From Massalongia carnosa (Eukaryota): a DNA stretch of 64,000 nt. A program made the position numbers and the translations under genes. Below are positions 48,346-60,148 of this stretch, piece after piece. Location: assembly GCA_965645245.1 (NCBI GenBank), contig OZ287086.1, positions 992,001 to 1,056,000 on the forward strand, given 5' to 3'. The number at the start of each line of letters is the position of its first letter. Positions within the stretch are counted from its first letter, which is position 1. The notes under the pieces were generated by a model. The model ran no database searches and was not told the DNA's origin. It saw nothing but the letters and a program-made list of their open reading frames with translations.

Positions 48346-51300
48346 GTTAAGGGGGTTTTTGCTATAGCAAAAAATCCGGTCAATAAGGTCCTCGGGAGGA
48401 CCCCCCTCGAACTTCCTTCCTTCTAGATAGCATTAATATAATCACCTTTCAAAGCCTTCAGTATGCTACGAAGCCTCCTGTAATCAAAGGGTTATGAGCC
48501 CGGCTAGACGCTAGGGAAGTGCTATATAATCTCTTCTCTTCCTACATATCTAGTCCTCGTCCTTGTAGGCCAATTATCAAGCCTCAAAGAACCTCCTCAG
48601 CTGTCGGTGCTTAGTCTTCAACAATGGGACTAGAACCCTATCGGATAAAGCCATTGGTAGGTGAAAAGAACTACAATGTATGGAAGGAGGAGGTGAAAGG
48701 CCTCCTCAGTTTAGACGAACTGTGGGATATAGTTAAAGGGGAAGAACTCCGACCCCTTAATGCTCCGCCTCGACCAGTGGACTCCCCTTCTAAGATAGAG
48801 GATGGAGTCACCACCCCCGCCATAGTAGTGACAAAAAGCACTATTGAGCGGTGGGAGGACAAACTGGAGGCCTTCGAGGACAAACAGAAGAAATGGGACA
48901 AGCGAAGGGTAAAAGCAGCTACCAAGATATACTTGAACTGTGGAACAGGCCCTCGAGTCCATATAGAGGGCCTGGAAGACCCAAAAGAGATGTGGGATGT
49001 ACTGGAAAAGCATTACAAAGCAACAAGTCTGGCCACTAGAGACCTGGCCTTCCTTCAACTTCGTGCTAGCCAATCAGATTTCAAATCCATTCAGGAGTAC
49101 GCCGAACACCTAAAGAAGGCCCACTCCCAGTTGATACAACTCGGTCACAAGTTACCAGACTGGGTTCTCTCTACCTCGTTCCGACTTGTCTTAAACCGGA
49201 CCTGAACCTTATATCTTCAGTCTCGTAGAGGCTGCAAGAGCAAACATGAGGGAGTTAGACGTTGACGAGATGATGATGGCCTTAATAGATCATGATAACC
49301 GCCAACATAACTTAGAGGAATCCAACAAGGCACTGACGGCTAAGTTCAACAGGAAGGAAAAGAAAGAAGAAGATAAGAAGAGCAAAAAGGAGAAAAAGGA
49401 GAAAAAGGAGAAAAAGGGGAAAAAGGAGAAAAATACCAATTCGTCAAAATGTGAATACTGTGACGGTCCTGGTCACAACAAGACCAATTGCTATTATCTG
49501 AATGCAACCAACCGGCCCCATCTAAGGAAAACTTAGTGAAAAATAAGAATAAGAACAAGAAGGAATCTAATCCCTCGTCCAAATCAGCTTTCGTTCTAAG
49601 ATCAATGATAACCAAGAGCCTCTTTACTAACGTCCATAAGTCTCAAAATAAGGATCGTACCTGGTGGATAGACCCGGCTTCCGATGTCCATATTTGCTAT
49701 GACAAAGACCTATTTGATGATTATCAACCAATTAGAGGAAAGGTCATAAAAACGGCCAACTCCACTGACATGATTATTAAAGGAAAAGGATCTGTTACCC
49801 TGTATCTAGACGTGGATGGTGAATCAAAGGCTGTGTGCCTAAAGGATGTCCATCACGTACCCGAGTCAGGATACAATCTGTTTTCTGTAGGTGTTATTGA
49901 GTCGAAAGGATTTGAATTTCGAGTAGGAAAAGGAAGAACTGAATGTTTTGCCCCTGACGGAGAACTCTGTCTTACTGGTACTCGTCAGTCTTCTGGATCC
50001 ACACACTCGATCGACCTGGAACAATCAAAGACCTTACATACCTCTTACAAATCCTCTGACAATGCCTCGTGGACGGTGTGGCACCGACGATTAGGCCATC
50101 TCAACATGAAGGACGTCAAGATTTTAGCTAAACTCTCCACTGGCATTGATGCAATTAAGGCTGATAAATGTGAATCAGCAGAACCTAAAATCAACGTGTG
50201 TCCATCATGTGCAATAGGAAAACAACATCGAAATCTAGTTAGAATTCAACGACTAAAGGCCACCAACATCGGTGAAATCGTACATACCGACATTGCTGGC
50301 GGGGGGGACATACCTCAGACAGTTGGTGGAGCCAAGTATGCTGCCTCCTTCGTTGACGATTTTACAGACTGGACGGTGATTTACCTTCTGAAGAAAAAAA
50401 TCCGAATTAAAGGAGGTCCTAAAGGACTATTTAGCATGGATGAAGACACAAGGACACCCGGTCAAACTTATGCGCAGTGACAACGGAGGAGAGTATGCTG
50501 GCCATCAGACCTTAAGAATTTTGAAGGACAATGGCATCGAGTGGGATGCGACAGCACCACACAATCCGAATCAGAAATGGGGTAGTCGAGAGGTGCTTTC
50601 GCACCCTCTTCGAGCGAACCCGTGCGATTCTTAGTGACAGTGGAATGCCTTCTAATAAATGGGGGGAGGCTATTTCCTACGTTACTTACCTGAAAAACAG
50701 GAGTCCAAGGCATGTTGATAAAACACCCTTCGAACTAATGTATGGCAGACAGCCAGACTTGTCGGGTGCTCGTATCTTCGGGTGCGTAGCATACTCTTAC
50801 AATATTGACCCTCAGAAGAAGAAGCTGGACGACAGAAGCATCAATGCAGATTTCTTGGCCTTCAAGGCAACAACAAGTATCGCCTTTGGGACCTCACCTC
50901 CAAGAAACTCAGCATTTCGGCACACGTGCTATGGGACGAGACCGCATCCCTTTCGCTTGAAGAATCGGGGGATGGCGACGACGACGACTATGGCTTCTTA
51001 CAATTCTTCTACCGAAATGGTGACGACGAGGTGGATACATCAGGGGTGATAATTTATTCAAATGAAGAGGAGGAACCCGTTGATGAGGAACCCCCTAAAT
51101 GACCTTTAGAACCGGAATTTGCAGATGAAGGAACCGGGCGAGAGGACGACGATAAATCAGAAAGTTCGGAAAATTCCGAGGACTCACAAGTAGCCGACCT
51201 AACCTCTGGGTCATCAACTGCTCCTTTTACAGGCTAATTTACTAGTAATTCCGAGCAGTCGATCAAATCCGCACCAGGACAGGTACCTCAGGAACCTAGA

Positions 51301-52770
51301 CCACCACCTCCACCAACATCATCATCCCGACCATCCCGAAACACCTCTCGACCCGATTATGCTAAATTAGCTGATCCATGGTCTAAAAAAGGAGTTAACA
51401 AGGGATTCGCATTGAGAGCTCTTAAGGCCTCCTTAAACGACCTCACCGTCCCCAGCACCTAAAAGGAGGCCAATCAGTCTTCAGAGGCTACCGAATGGAT
51501 CCGAGCATCAGAGGAGGAGGTTGAATCTCATTCCATCAACGGGACCTGGGAGCTGGAAATTCCACCACCTGGTAGGAAGATCCTCCCTGGTAGATGGGTT
51601 TATACCACCAAACTCGGTCCAGATGGGGAAATATCTCGATTTAAGGCCCTATGGGTAGGTAATGGTTTTTGCCAGATAGAAGGCATTGACTATAATCAAA
51701 CCTATGCCAGCGTGGTCAAATCAATGACATGGAAGGCCCTGCTGGCTATAGCGGCTAGATATGACCTGGAGGTCGAACAGATCGACGTGGTCACCGCTTC
51801 CCTTGAGGCCCCTCTAAAAGAGGAGGTCTGGATGGAACAACCCAATGGGTTTGTCAAACCAGGGGGATATGCCTGTCGCTTGAAGAAGGCCTTGTATGGT
51901 CACAAGCAGGCCCCCCGTGAATGGTATTCCACCCTCACTGACTATCTTATCACCATGGGCTATAGGAGAGTGGACGAGGACCATTCGGTCTATATTCATC
52001 AGCAAAATGGCATCATAATAGCCATTTATGTGGATGATCTACTTCTCATCGGACCCTCTCTTTCGGACATCAGTCTCTTCAGGACTGAATTGTCTCACCG
52101 ATTCCAGATCAAGGATCTTGGACCAATTAATTTCTATTTAGGGATGCACGTCACTCGGGACCGGCCAAATAGCAGAATATATGTTCATTAATCGGCGTAC
52201 ATTAGGCGGGTCATCGATGTAGTTGACATGTCCGATTGCAAATCCGTCAAAACACCCATGGAGACCAATCTTCTTCTGGTCAAGAATTACTATAAAGGCA
52301 AGATATAGGAGGCCACAAATAGAGAGATCAAGGCAAATCAAATGCTTATTGGATCTCTATTGTGGTTAGCATTTATGACTCGGCTGGATATTGCTTACTC
52401 GGTGAATCGCTGCAGTAGATATTCAATCAATCCTACCCCCTATCAAGGCGCAATCTTAAAAATAATCATTCGGTATTTTGCTGGAACAAGGGACCTAGGC
52501 CTATGTTTTGGATCCTTCTATGAGGGTATTCACACCGATTTAATCGGTTATACTGATGCCTCTTATGGAGACTATCTGGACACTAGGAGATCCACTTCCG
52601 CCTATGTCTTCCTCCTGAACAGCGGACCAATCAGCTGGTCAACGAAACGCCAGGCCTCGGTGGCCACCTCCACAGCTGAGGCTGATTATATAGGGGAGTG
52701 CCATGCTGGCGAGGAGGCTGGCTTCTTGGCGAATGCCTTGAAATCCTTGGGATATGGTGTCAACGCGAGA
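48346..52770 (+). mobile_element. Second Ty1/Copia family, degenerate and 3'-truncated
   Basis: PBS at 48490, gag from 48624 with CEYCDGPGHNKTNC, then WWIDPAS, WHRRLGH, RSDNGGEY, YVDD and YTDAS. Many frameshifts and stops; no 3' LTR. Confidence 0.9.
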
Positions 52771-52989
52771 TGCTTAGGGACAGTCCCTCCCCGACCGTCC
52801 TCCCCCGTGTAAATCTTGGCTAGTAAACAGCCATTTCAATGCTCAGGGTGCGTACAAGCTAATGCAACTGCCAACAGCACATTAAACTCTTTTCGGTTTA
52901 AATCGTATGACGTGTTATTGCTACTTATGATTATCCTACTCGGTCTGATAAAGCATACCCTCACCCTCATCCTCAACCCCACTTACCAT

Positions 52990-53213
52990 TTGCCCTTGCC
53001 TATAAGACAATCGGTGCAGAAAATATGTGATGAGGTGCGGAAAAAACAATTAGATCAGGAGATTTTGTGCAAGCAAAAGCGAATACGCAATCCTAGATTG
53101 ATAGATAGAAATGCTTTTACGCTACTCACTGGGAAAATTACGCATCATGCCATTGACCTCGTTTCAAGAGAACTCGATGCCGCCAAATCATTAGCTGAAC
53201 GAATCCTTTCAAT
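52990..53213 (+). mobile_element. Possible Mutator-like transposase fragment
   Basis: AFTLLTGKITHHAIDLVSRE resembles fungal MULE C-terminal segments; the match is weak. Confidence 0.25.
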
Positions 53214-53863
53214 TGTCAAGGTCATGGTATGGTGGTCTTTTTGGAGGAAAGGAAGGTCGGATCTTTACAAATTGGCCCGCGATTTCGAAGCAAAGAAGAT
53301 GGGGTACTCCGTGAATTCATGTTTGGAATTATTGAACGATAATCTGCTTGGAATTTAGGAACCGGGCCTCATTTTCATGCAGGATAATGCACCGATTCAT
53401 ACTGCCAAAAAGGTGAAGAAATGGTTCGATGAAAACGGTGTAACAATCATCGATTGGCCTCCTTATTCTCCTGATTTGAATCCCATCGAGCACGTTTGGT
53501 ATGTGCTCAAACAGCTCGTTTATCAAGTCAATCCGGACATCGATTCAGTGACTGGTAGTGATGATAAGGTCCGCGAGGTCCTTTGAAAAGTGTTGGAAGA
53601 AGCATGGGCCTTGATAGATGAGGAAATATTGAGAAGTTTAATAGAGAGCATGGAAAGGAGGATTAAAGCTTGCATCCAAGCGAAAGGATGGTATACGAAA
53701 TATTAAAAATATATTTCTCAGCCCAAATTCCTTGCTAGAATGTATGTAATCATCGTACGAAGTTTCAAGGCATCAAAATAAAAACTTGGTGGTTGATAAT
53801 TCAAAGCAGTGGGGGGGTAAAAAGTTGATGGGGGGGCTGTCGGAAACTTTTGACCTAGTACTG
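53214..53863 (+). mobile_element. 3' half of a second copy of the DD34E Tc1-like element
   Basis: Colinear with ~14075-14721, including the right TIR followed by TA. Confidence 0.92.
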
Positions 53864-54516
53864 TACATAAATCATCGCCAATCCTATCACAAGCGAGAGT
53901 CAGGTTATCAAGCCTCAAAATGTAGTAGATTCTGAACTGCTACAACGGATGAATTCATAATACTGATTTCAATCAGGAGCAAGAGCGATGCTATTCATTG
54001 AAGTTGCCAAATGTCAGCCAGTTTAGTGGTCAAGCAGTAAGCGATATGTAGCTCGGATACGGTAATCTATTAACCGAATCCCAACATTCTAGTAACTGAG
54101 AGAATGGGTGCAAAATCCTTTCAATGCAAGCAATCATCACCTCAATTCCAAGTGTCAATTTCAAGTGTCTATCTAAAACGTAAATCATTCTCCAATCACC
54201 AAGAGCTTAGATCAATAAATCAAGCTCAATACCAAAACATGTGCAGGAAAATCATAACTCTTAAGCATTGTTGAGAAGCAGCATAAATTCCGCCTATCAT
54301 GCGAAATGTGTCTAGTCCGACTAGTCAAACGTAGCTCGAGATACAGCAACATCAGGTTCTGAACATTCGGCGGCTCGTTTCCGAAATGCTGCTTTCCAGC
54401 TGAAAGATGCAGTTGTATCAAAGACTCGTGGACTATGCTGGGTAGAAGATAATCAATTTCGACTATGATTTCCCTCGCTATGGCGGGCTTTATCATGATA
54501 TGAAGACCAGCCGGTC

Positions 54517-54710
54517 ATGAATGACAACAGGCTTGCAGCGTTCAATAGACACGAAGTTATCCTGAGCATGATCATGCGTGCTAGATTGGTAGAGCTGGAG
54601 GCACAAGATCAGCACGGGCGGACAGCGTTAATATGGGCAGCGGAACTAGAGCAGGAAAAGGTGGCGGAGATGTTGCTGGACAAGGGCGCGGAGACGAAGG
54701 CTCAAGGGAG
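54517..54710 (+). pseudogene. Ankyrin-repeat fragment
   Basis: LEAQDQHGRTALIWAAELEQEKVAEMLLDKGAE. Confidence 0.6.
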
Positions 54711-54961
54711 AAGGTTTGACGACTTCCTGCTATTTGGAACAGTTCGAGCACACCGCTTAGGCCTTTCTGCTATCGCGGGCGAGTTCAAAACCTAGGGGTA
54801 GTCGGGTGCGTCAGCGAGCTCGATCGTTCTGTCACTCATGTTCTGAGCTTTCAGCTTTGGACAAAATAAAAAGTATTATCTTACGCTGCTTTATTCACCA
54901 AACGCCCAAACAATTAAGTTTTAAGAATAATAGGATTTGGTTCTGATTTATATGAACCGCT

Positions 54962-57900
54962 TTAAGATTCCACTGTTAAACTCTCCCTCTGCCACTCATT
55001 GAGAGCCTCAAGCGAAGACTCTGTATCAGGATGTTGAGGACCCAATTTGTGATTACTTAGCTCAAAGCATTCCTTTAGCAGTGAGAGAGCCTCATCATTG
55101 CGGCCTTGAGACTTCCACGTGAATGCAAGGTTGTTTATGCTGGTCAGCGTGTCTGGATGCTCCGTCCCTAGCACCCTCTTTCTCGTCTCCATCACTTGCA
55201 CCTCCAGCTCTTCGGCCTCCGTCCATCGTCCTTGATTCGAATACGTCGACGCAAGGTTGCTCATGCTGATCAGCGTGTCTGGATGCTCCGTCCCTAGCAC
55301 CCTCTTTCTCGTCTCCATCACTTGCACCTTCAGCTCTTCGGTCTCCGTCCATTGTCCTTGATTCGAATACGTCGACGCAAGGTTGCTCATGCTGGTCAGC
55401 GTGGAAGGATGCTCCGTCCCTAGCACCCTCTTTCTCGTCTCCATCACTTGCACCTCCAGCTCTTCGGCCTCCGTCCATCGTCCTTGATCCCTGTACGTCG
55501 ACGCAAGGTTGCTCATGCTGGTCAGCGTGGAAGGATGCTCCGTCCCTAGCACCCTCGCACTCTTCTCCATCACTTGCACCTCCAGCTCTTCGGCCTCCGT
55601 CCATCGTCCTTGATCCCTGTACGTCGAGGCAAGGTTGTTCATGCTGGTCAGCGTGTCTGAATGCTCCGTCCCTAGCACCCTCGCACTCTTCTCCATCACT
55701 TGCACCTCCAGCTCTTCGGCCTCCGTCCATCGTCCTTGATTCGAATACGTCGACGCAAGGTTGTTCATGCTGATCAGCGTAGAAGGATGCTCCGTCCCTA
55801 GCACCCTCGCACTCGTCTCCATCACTTGCACCTTCAGCTCTTCGGCCTCCGTCCATCGTCCTTGATTCGAATACGTCGACGCAAGGTTGCTCATGCTGAT
55901 CAGCGTAGAAGGATGCTCCGTCCCTAGCACCCTCGCACTCGTCTCCATCACTTGCACCTTCAGCTCTTCGGCCTCCGTCCATCGTCCTTGATTCGAATAC
56001 GTCGACGCAAGGTTGCTCATGCTGATCAGCGTGGAAGGATGCTCCGTCCCTAGCACCCTCTTTCTCGTCTCCATCACTTGCACCTCCAGCTCTTCGGCCT
56101 CCGTCCATCGTCCTTGATCCCTGTACGTCGACGCAAGGTTGCTCATGCTGGTCAGCGTGTCTGGATGCTCCGTCCCTAGCACCCTCGCACTCTTCTCCAT
56201 CACTTGCACCTCCAGCTCTTCGGCCTCCGTCCATCGTCCTTGATCCCTGTACGTCGACGCAAGGTTGCTCATGCTGGTCAGCGTGGAAGGATGCTCCGTC
56301 CCTAGCACCCTCGCCCTCTTCTCCATCACTTGCACCTCCAGCTCTTCGGCCTCCGTCCATCGTCCTTGATTCGAATACGTCGACGCAAGGTTGTTCATGC
56401 TGGTCAGCGTGGAAGGATGCTCCGGCCCTAGCACCCTCTTTCTCGTCTCCATCACTTGCACCTTCAGCTCTTCGGCCTCCGTCCATCGTCCTTGATTCGA
56501 ATACGTCGACGCAAGGTTGCTCATGCTGGTCAGCGTGTCTGGATGCTCCGTCCCTAGCACCCTCGCACTCTTCTCCATCACTTGCACCTCCAGCTCTTCG
56601 GCCTCCGTCCATCGTCCTTGATCCCTGTACGTCGACGCAAGGTTGCTCATGCTGGTCAGCGTGGAAGGATGCTCCGTCCCTAGCGCCCTCTTTCTCGTCT
56701 CCATCACTTGCACCTCCAGCTCTTCGGCCTCCGTCCATCGTCCTTGATTCGAATACGTCGACGCAAGGTTGTTCATGCTGGTCAGCGTGGAAGGATGCTC
56801 CGGCCCTAGCACCCTCTTTCTCGTCTCCATCACTTGCACCTTCAGCTCTTCGGCCTCCGTCCATCGTCCTTGATCCCTGTACGTCGACGCAAGGTTGCTC
56901 ATGCTGGTCAGCGTGGAAGGATGCTCCGTCCCTAGCACCCTCTTTCTCGTCTCCATCACTTGCACCTCCAGCTCTTCGGCCTCCGTCCATCGTCCTTGAT
57001 CCCTGTACGTCGACGCAAGGTTGCTCATGCTGGTCAGCGTGGAAGGATGCTCCGTCCCTAGCACCCTCGCACTCGTCTCCATCACTTGCACCTCCAGCTC
57101 TTCGGCCTCCGTCCATCGTCCTTGATTCCAATACGTCGACGCAAGGTTGCTCATGCTGGTCAGCGTGGAAGGATGCTCCGTCCCTAGCACCCTCTTTCTC
57201 GTCTCCATCACTTGCACCTCCAGCTCTTCGGCCTCCGTCCATCGTCCTTGATCCCTGTACGTCGACGCAAGGTTGCTCATGCTGGTCAGCGTGTCTGGAT
57301 GCTCCGTCCCTAGCACCCTCGCACTCTTCTCCATCACTTGCACCACCAGCTCTTCGGCCTCCGTCCATCGTCCTTGATTCGAATACGTCGACGCAAGGTT
57401 GCTCATGCTGGTCAGCGTGGAAGGATGCTCCGTCCCTAGCACCCTCGCACTCGTCTCCATCACTTGCACCTCCAGCTCTTCGGCCTCCGTCCATCGTCCT
57501 TGATTCGAATACGTCGACGCAAGGTTGCTCATGCTGGTCAGCGTGGAAGGATGCTCCGTCCCTAGCACCCTCTTTCTCGTCTCCATCACTTGCACCTCCA
57601 GCTCTTCGGCCTCCGTCCATCGTCCTTGATCCCTGTACGTCGACGCAAGGTTGCTCATGCTGGTCAGCGTGGAAGGATGCTCCGTCCCTAGCACCCTCTT
57701 TCTCGTCTCCATCACTTGCACCTCCAGCTCTTCGGCCTCCGTCCATCGTCCTTGATCCCTGTACGTCGACGCAAGGTTGCTCATGCTGGTCAGCGTGTCT
57801 GGATGCTCCGTCCCTAGCACCCTCGCACTCTTCTCCATCACTTGCACCACCAGCTCTTCGGCCTCCGTCCATCGTCCTTGATTCGAATACGTCGACGCAA

Positions 57901-59940
57901 GGTTGCTCATGCTGGTCAGCGTGGAAGGATGCTCCGTCCCTAGCACCCTCGCACTCGTCTCCATCACTTGCACCTCCAGCTCTTCGGCCTCCGTCCATCG
58001 TCCTTGATTCCAATACGTCGAGGCAAGGTTGCTCATGCTGGTCAGCGTGGAAGGATGCTCCGCTCCTAGCACCCTCTTTCTCGTCTCCATCACTTGCACC
58101 TTCAGCTTTTCTGCCTCCATTTGTCGCCCTCCACTGCTGTATGCCATGGCTAGCATAGCCATACTATCCAATGTCTCTTCATCCTCTAGACCCAGCAATG
58201 TTTGCCTGGTTTTTGTTGCTTTTCGGGCCATTGTCGCTGCTTCAACGTAACTCCCTTTCGTCAACGCATACCATGCAGCGTGATATAGTATCAAGGCCCA
58301 ATCTTGTAATGAGCTTTCGACAGCTGGCTGCTGCGCTACTGCCGACTTTGCGTGAGGAAAAAGCGCTTGACACTTTGTCCAATTCTCGTAATCTCCCGTC
58401 GGAAATACTGTACTGAGATTCTTGATGAACTGCTGCTTCCATCTTTCGAGCTGATTGGATGCTTCTAGCCACTTTCTGATGGCTAGCTGCACTAGCCCGT
58501 GCATCTCAAAGGTGGTTTCATTCATGCTGATGGTGATGAACGAGTAGTTTCTCAAGACAAGTATGTCGGCTTCAAACTCGTCGACGCTGGAATCGGACAC
58601 GGTATCCTCATTGCTATCGTCTTCGTGGCCATCATCTTCGTCATCTCCAGCATTTTCTCCCGTATTTTCATTTCCTGCCTCATTTTGTGTCTTGAGTAAA
58701 GCCTCAGGAATTCCCTGTCGATCGAAAAAGCTCATAAGCGACAGCAGATTAGCCGCCGAAGGCCTAGTCTGATGAATATGATCAAACGATATTTGCCAGG
58801 TTATAATGATCGAGTTTTTAGCCTCACGGTCCCTGCGAAGATGTCCCGCTTTGTGATTCAAGAGACTAGTTCTTTTTTTATCATTCTTATGAAACTCATC
58901 TACGTACTGTCGTACAGAATATCTTGGTACTCTTAGTCGAATGTATGCAGCCGCTTGAACAATGGCAAGCGGCATAAATTCAAGTGCTACTGCTAGCTCA
59001 GAAGTATCTTCTCTATCGGTCTGTTCTCCCAGCTTCTTTTCAAGAAGCGTTAGCGCATGTGTATGATTCATCGGCTCAATTGGTATTATGTCATTTGCTT
59101 CCGCTAGCTGCAATGCCACGCTCTTAGTCCGGGAGGTGATGAGAACCGAGCCGTTTCGGCTCTGAGGTAGATATGCTAACAGTGATTGCATGGATCCGCC
59201 GCTAGAGCCGCTGGCCTGCGTCTTCTGGCCCGTAACACAAGTTTCGAAAAGCACAGTAGCTTCGTCGGCATTGTCGAGGACCAGAGCCCACTTTCCGTTC
59301 TTCTCGTCACGTAACCACTTGTCAACTAGCCGGAATATGTCCGCCTTTGGGTCCCCCCTGCCAGGAATCTTGACTTGCTCTGCAATCTCTCTGTAACCTT
59401 GCTCGATACGGGCTGCGTTGCTGGCGTGTATCCAGAAAACCCACGTCGCCGGGAACTGCTCTCTGATTTGATAGCAGTATTCGATGGCAAGCTGCGACTT
59501 TCTTTGCGAAAGTAAGCTATTAGAACTAGCCTGAGGCCCTTTGGCTTACCCAACGCCGCCTAGGCCGACAAGCGCTACCCTTGACGCTGGCGCGGCGCAC
59601 TTTTCGTGGATCTGATCAAGTAGCTTTCCGCGATCGACGAAATCAGGGTCGCGGCGGAAAGGAACAGTAGATGATGGGCTTGGTGGGGTATCGGGTCTTT
59701 CTACAAACGCAGAATGCTATCAGCCTTGGCTCACAGAACGCTATATCATTGCGAATGCCGACTTGCCTGGATATTGAAAAATATTGTTTATCTGAGAGCC
59801 TAATCAGGATTTAGCATAAGATCAATATCGATGTGAACAGGATCCAGACCAATCACTTTCGCATGGCCTGAGACGTCACCGACCACAGCGCCTTGGTTGC
59901 CAGAAATGGTGCCAAAGACTGCTAGCGTGTTACCGATCAT
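54962..59940 (-). CDS. Fungal NLR: short N-terminal amyloid-like motif, NB-ARC and ~24 near-identical TPRs; exons 59940-59850, 59799-59767, 59700-59550, 59501-54962
   Basis: The spliced frame is open: MIGNTLAVFGTISGNQGAVVGDVSGHAKVIGSQINNIFQYPERPDTPP...VPFRRDPDFVDR...GLGGVGKS (P-loop), LVLDNAD (Walker B), VLITSR, MPLAIVQAAAYI, MHGLVQ. Intron 2 is GC-AG. Confidence 0.92.
55120..58110 (-). repeat. 126-bp (42-aa) TPR tandem array, ~24 units
   Basis: Unit GTEHPSTLTSMSNLASTYxxQGRWTEAEELxVQVMExxxRVL. Confidence 0.97.
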
Positions 59941-60148
59941 TGCTGCGTCAGAAGATTGTAGACATTAGAGCTCGGAGCTATATTGAATAAGACTGAAAAC
60001 CATTCATTATCTTTACCGTGCTCAGGACCGCACCTAGGCTCGGTCAGAAACTCGACGCCCAAGACTTTCCAAAAGCACTGTTCATCTCTAAGTATAAATA
60101 TAGGCACGGACTCGCCGATGGAGGGCCCCCCGCCATCATGCAGGATCG
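59941..60148. promoter_or_regulatory. Probable bidirectional promoter of the NLR / hydrolase pair
   Basis: About 210-260 bp between divergent starts, with TATAAATATA at ~60093. Confidence 0.45.

Noticed and set aside
55095..58013. 972-aa alternative-frame ORF overlapping the TPR array
   Set aside because: It is a by-product of a 126-bp unit that lacks stops in a second frame; there is no independent start context or domain.
55120..58110. CRISPR-like regular repeat
   Set aside because: The units are contiguous in-frame coding repeats with no unique spacers, in a eukaryotic context.
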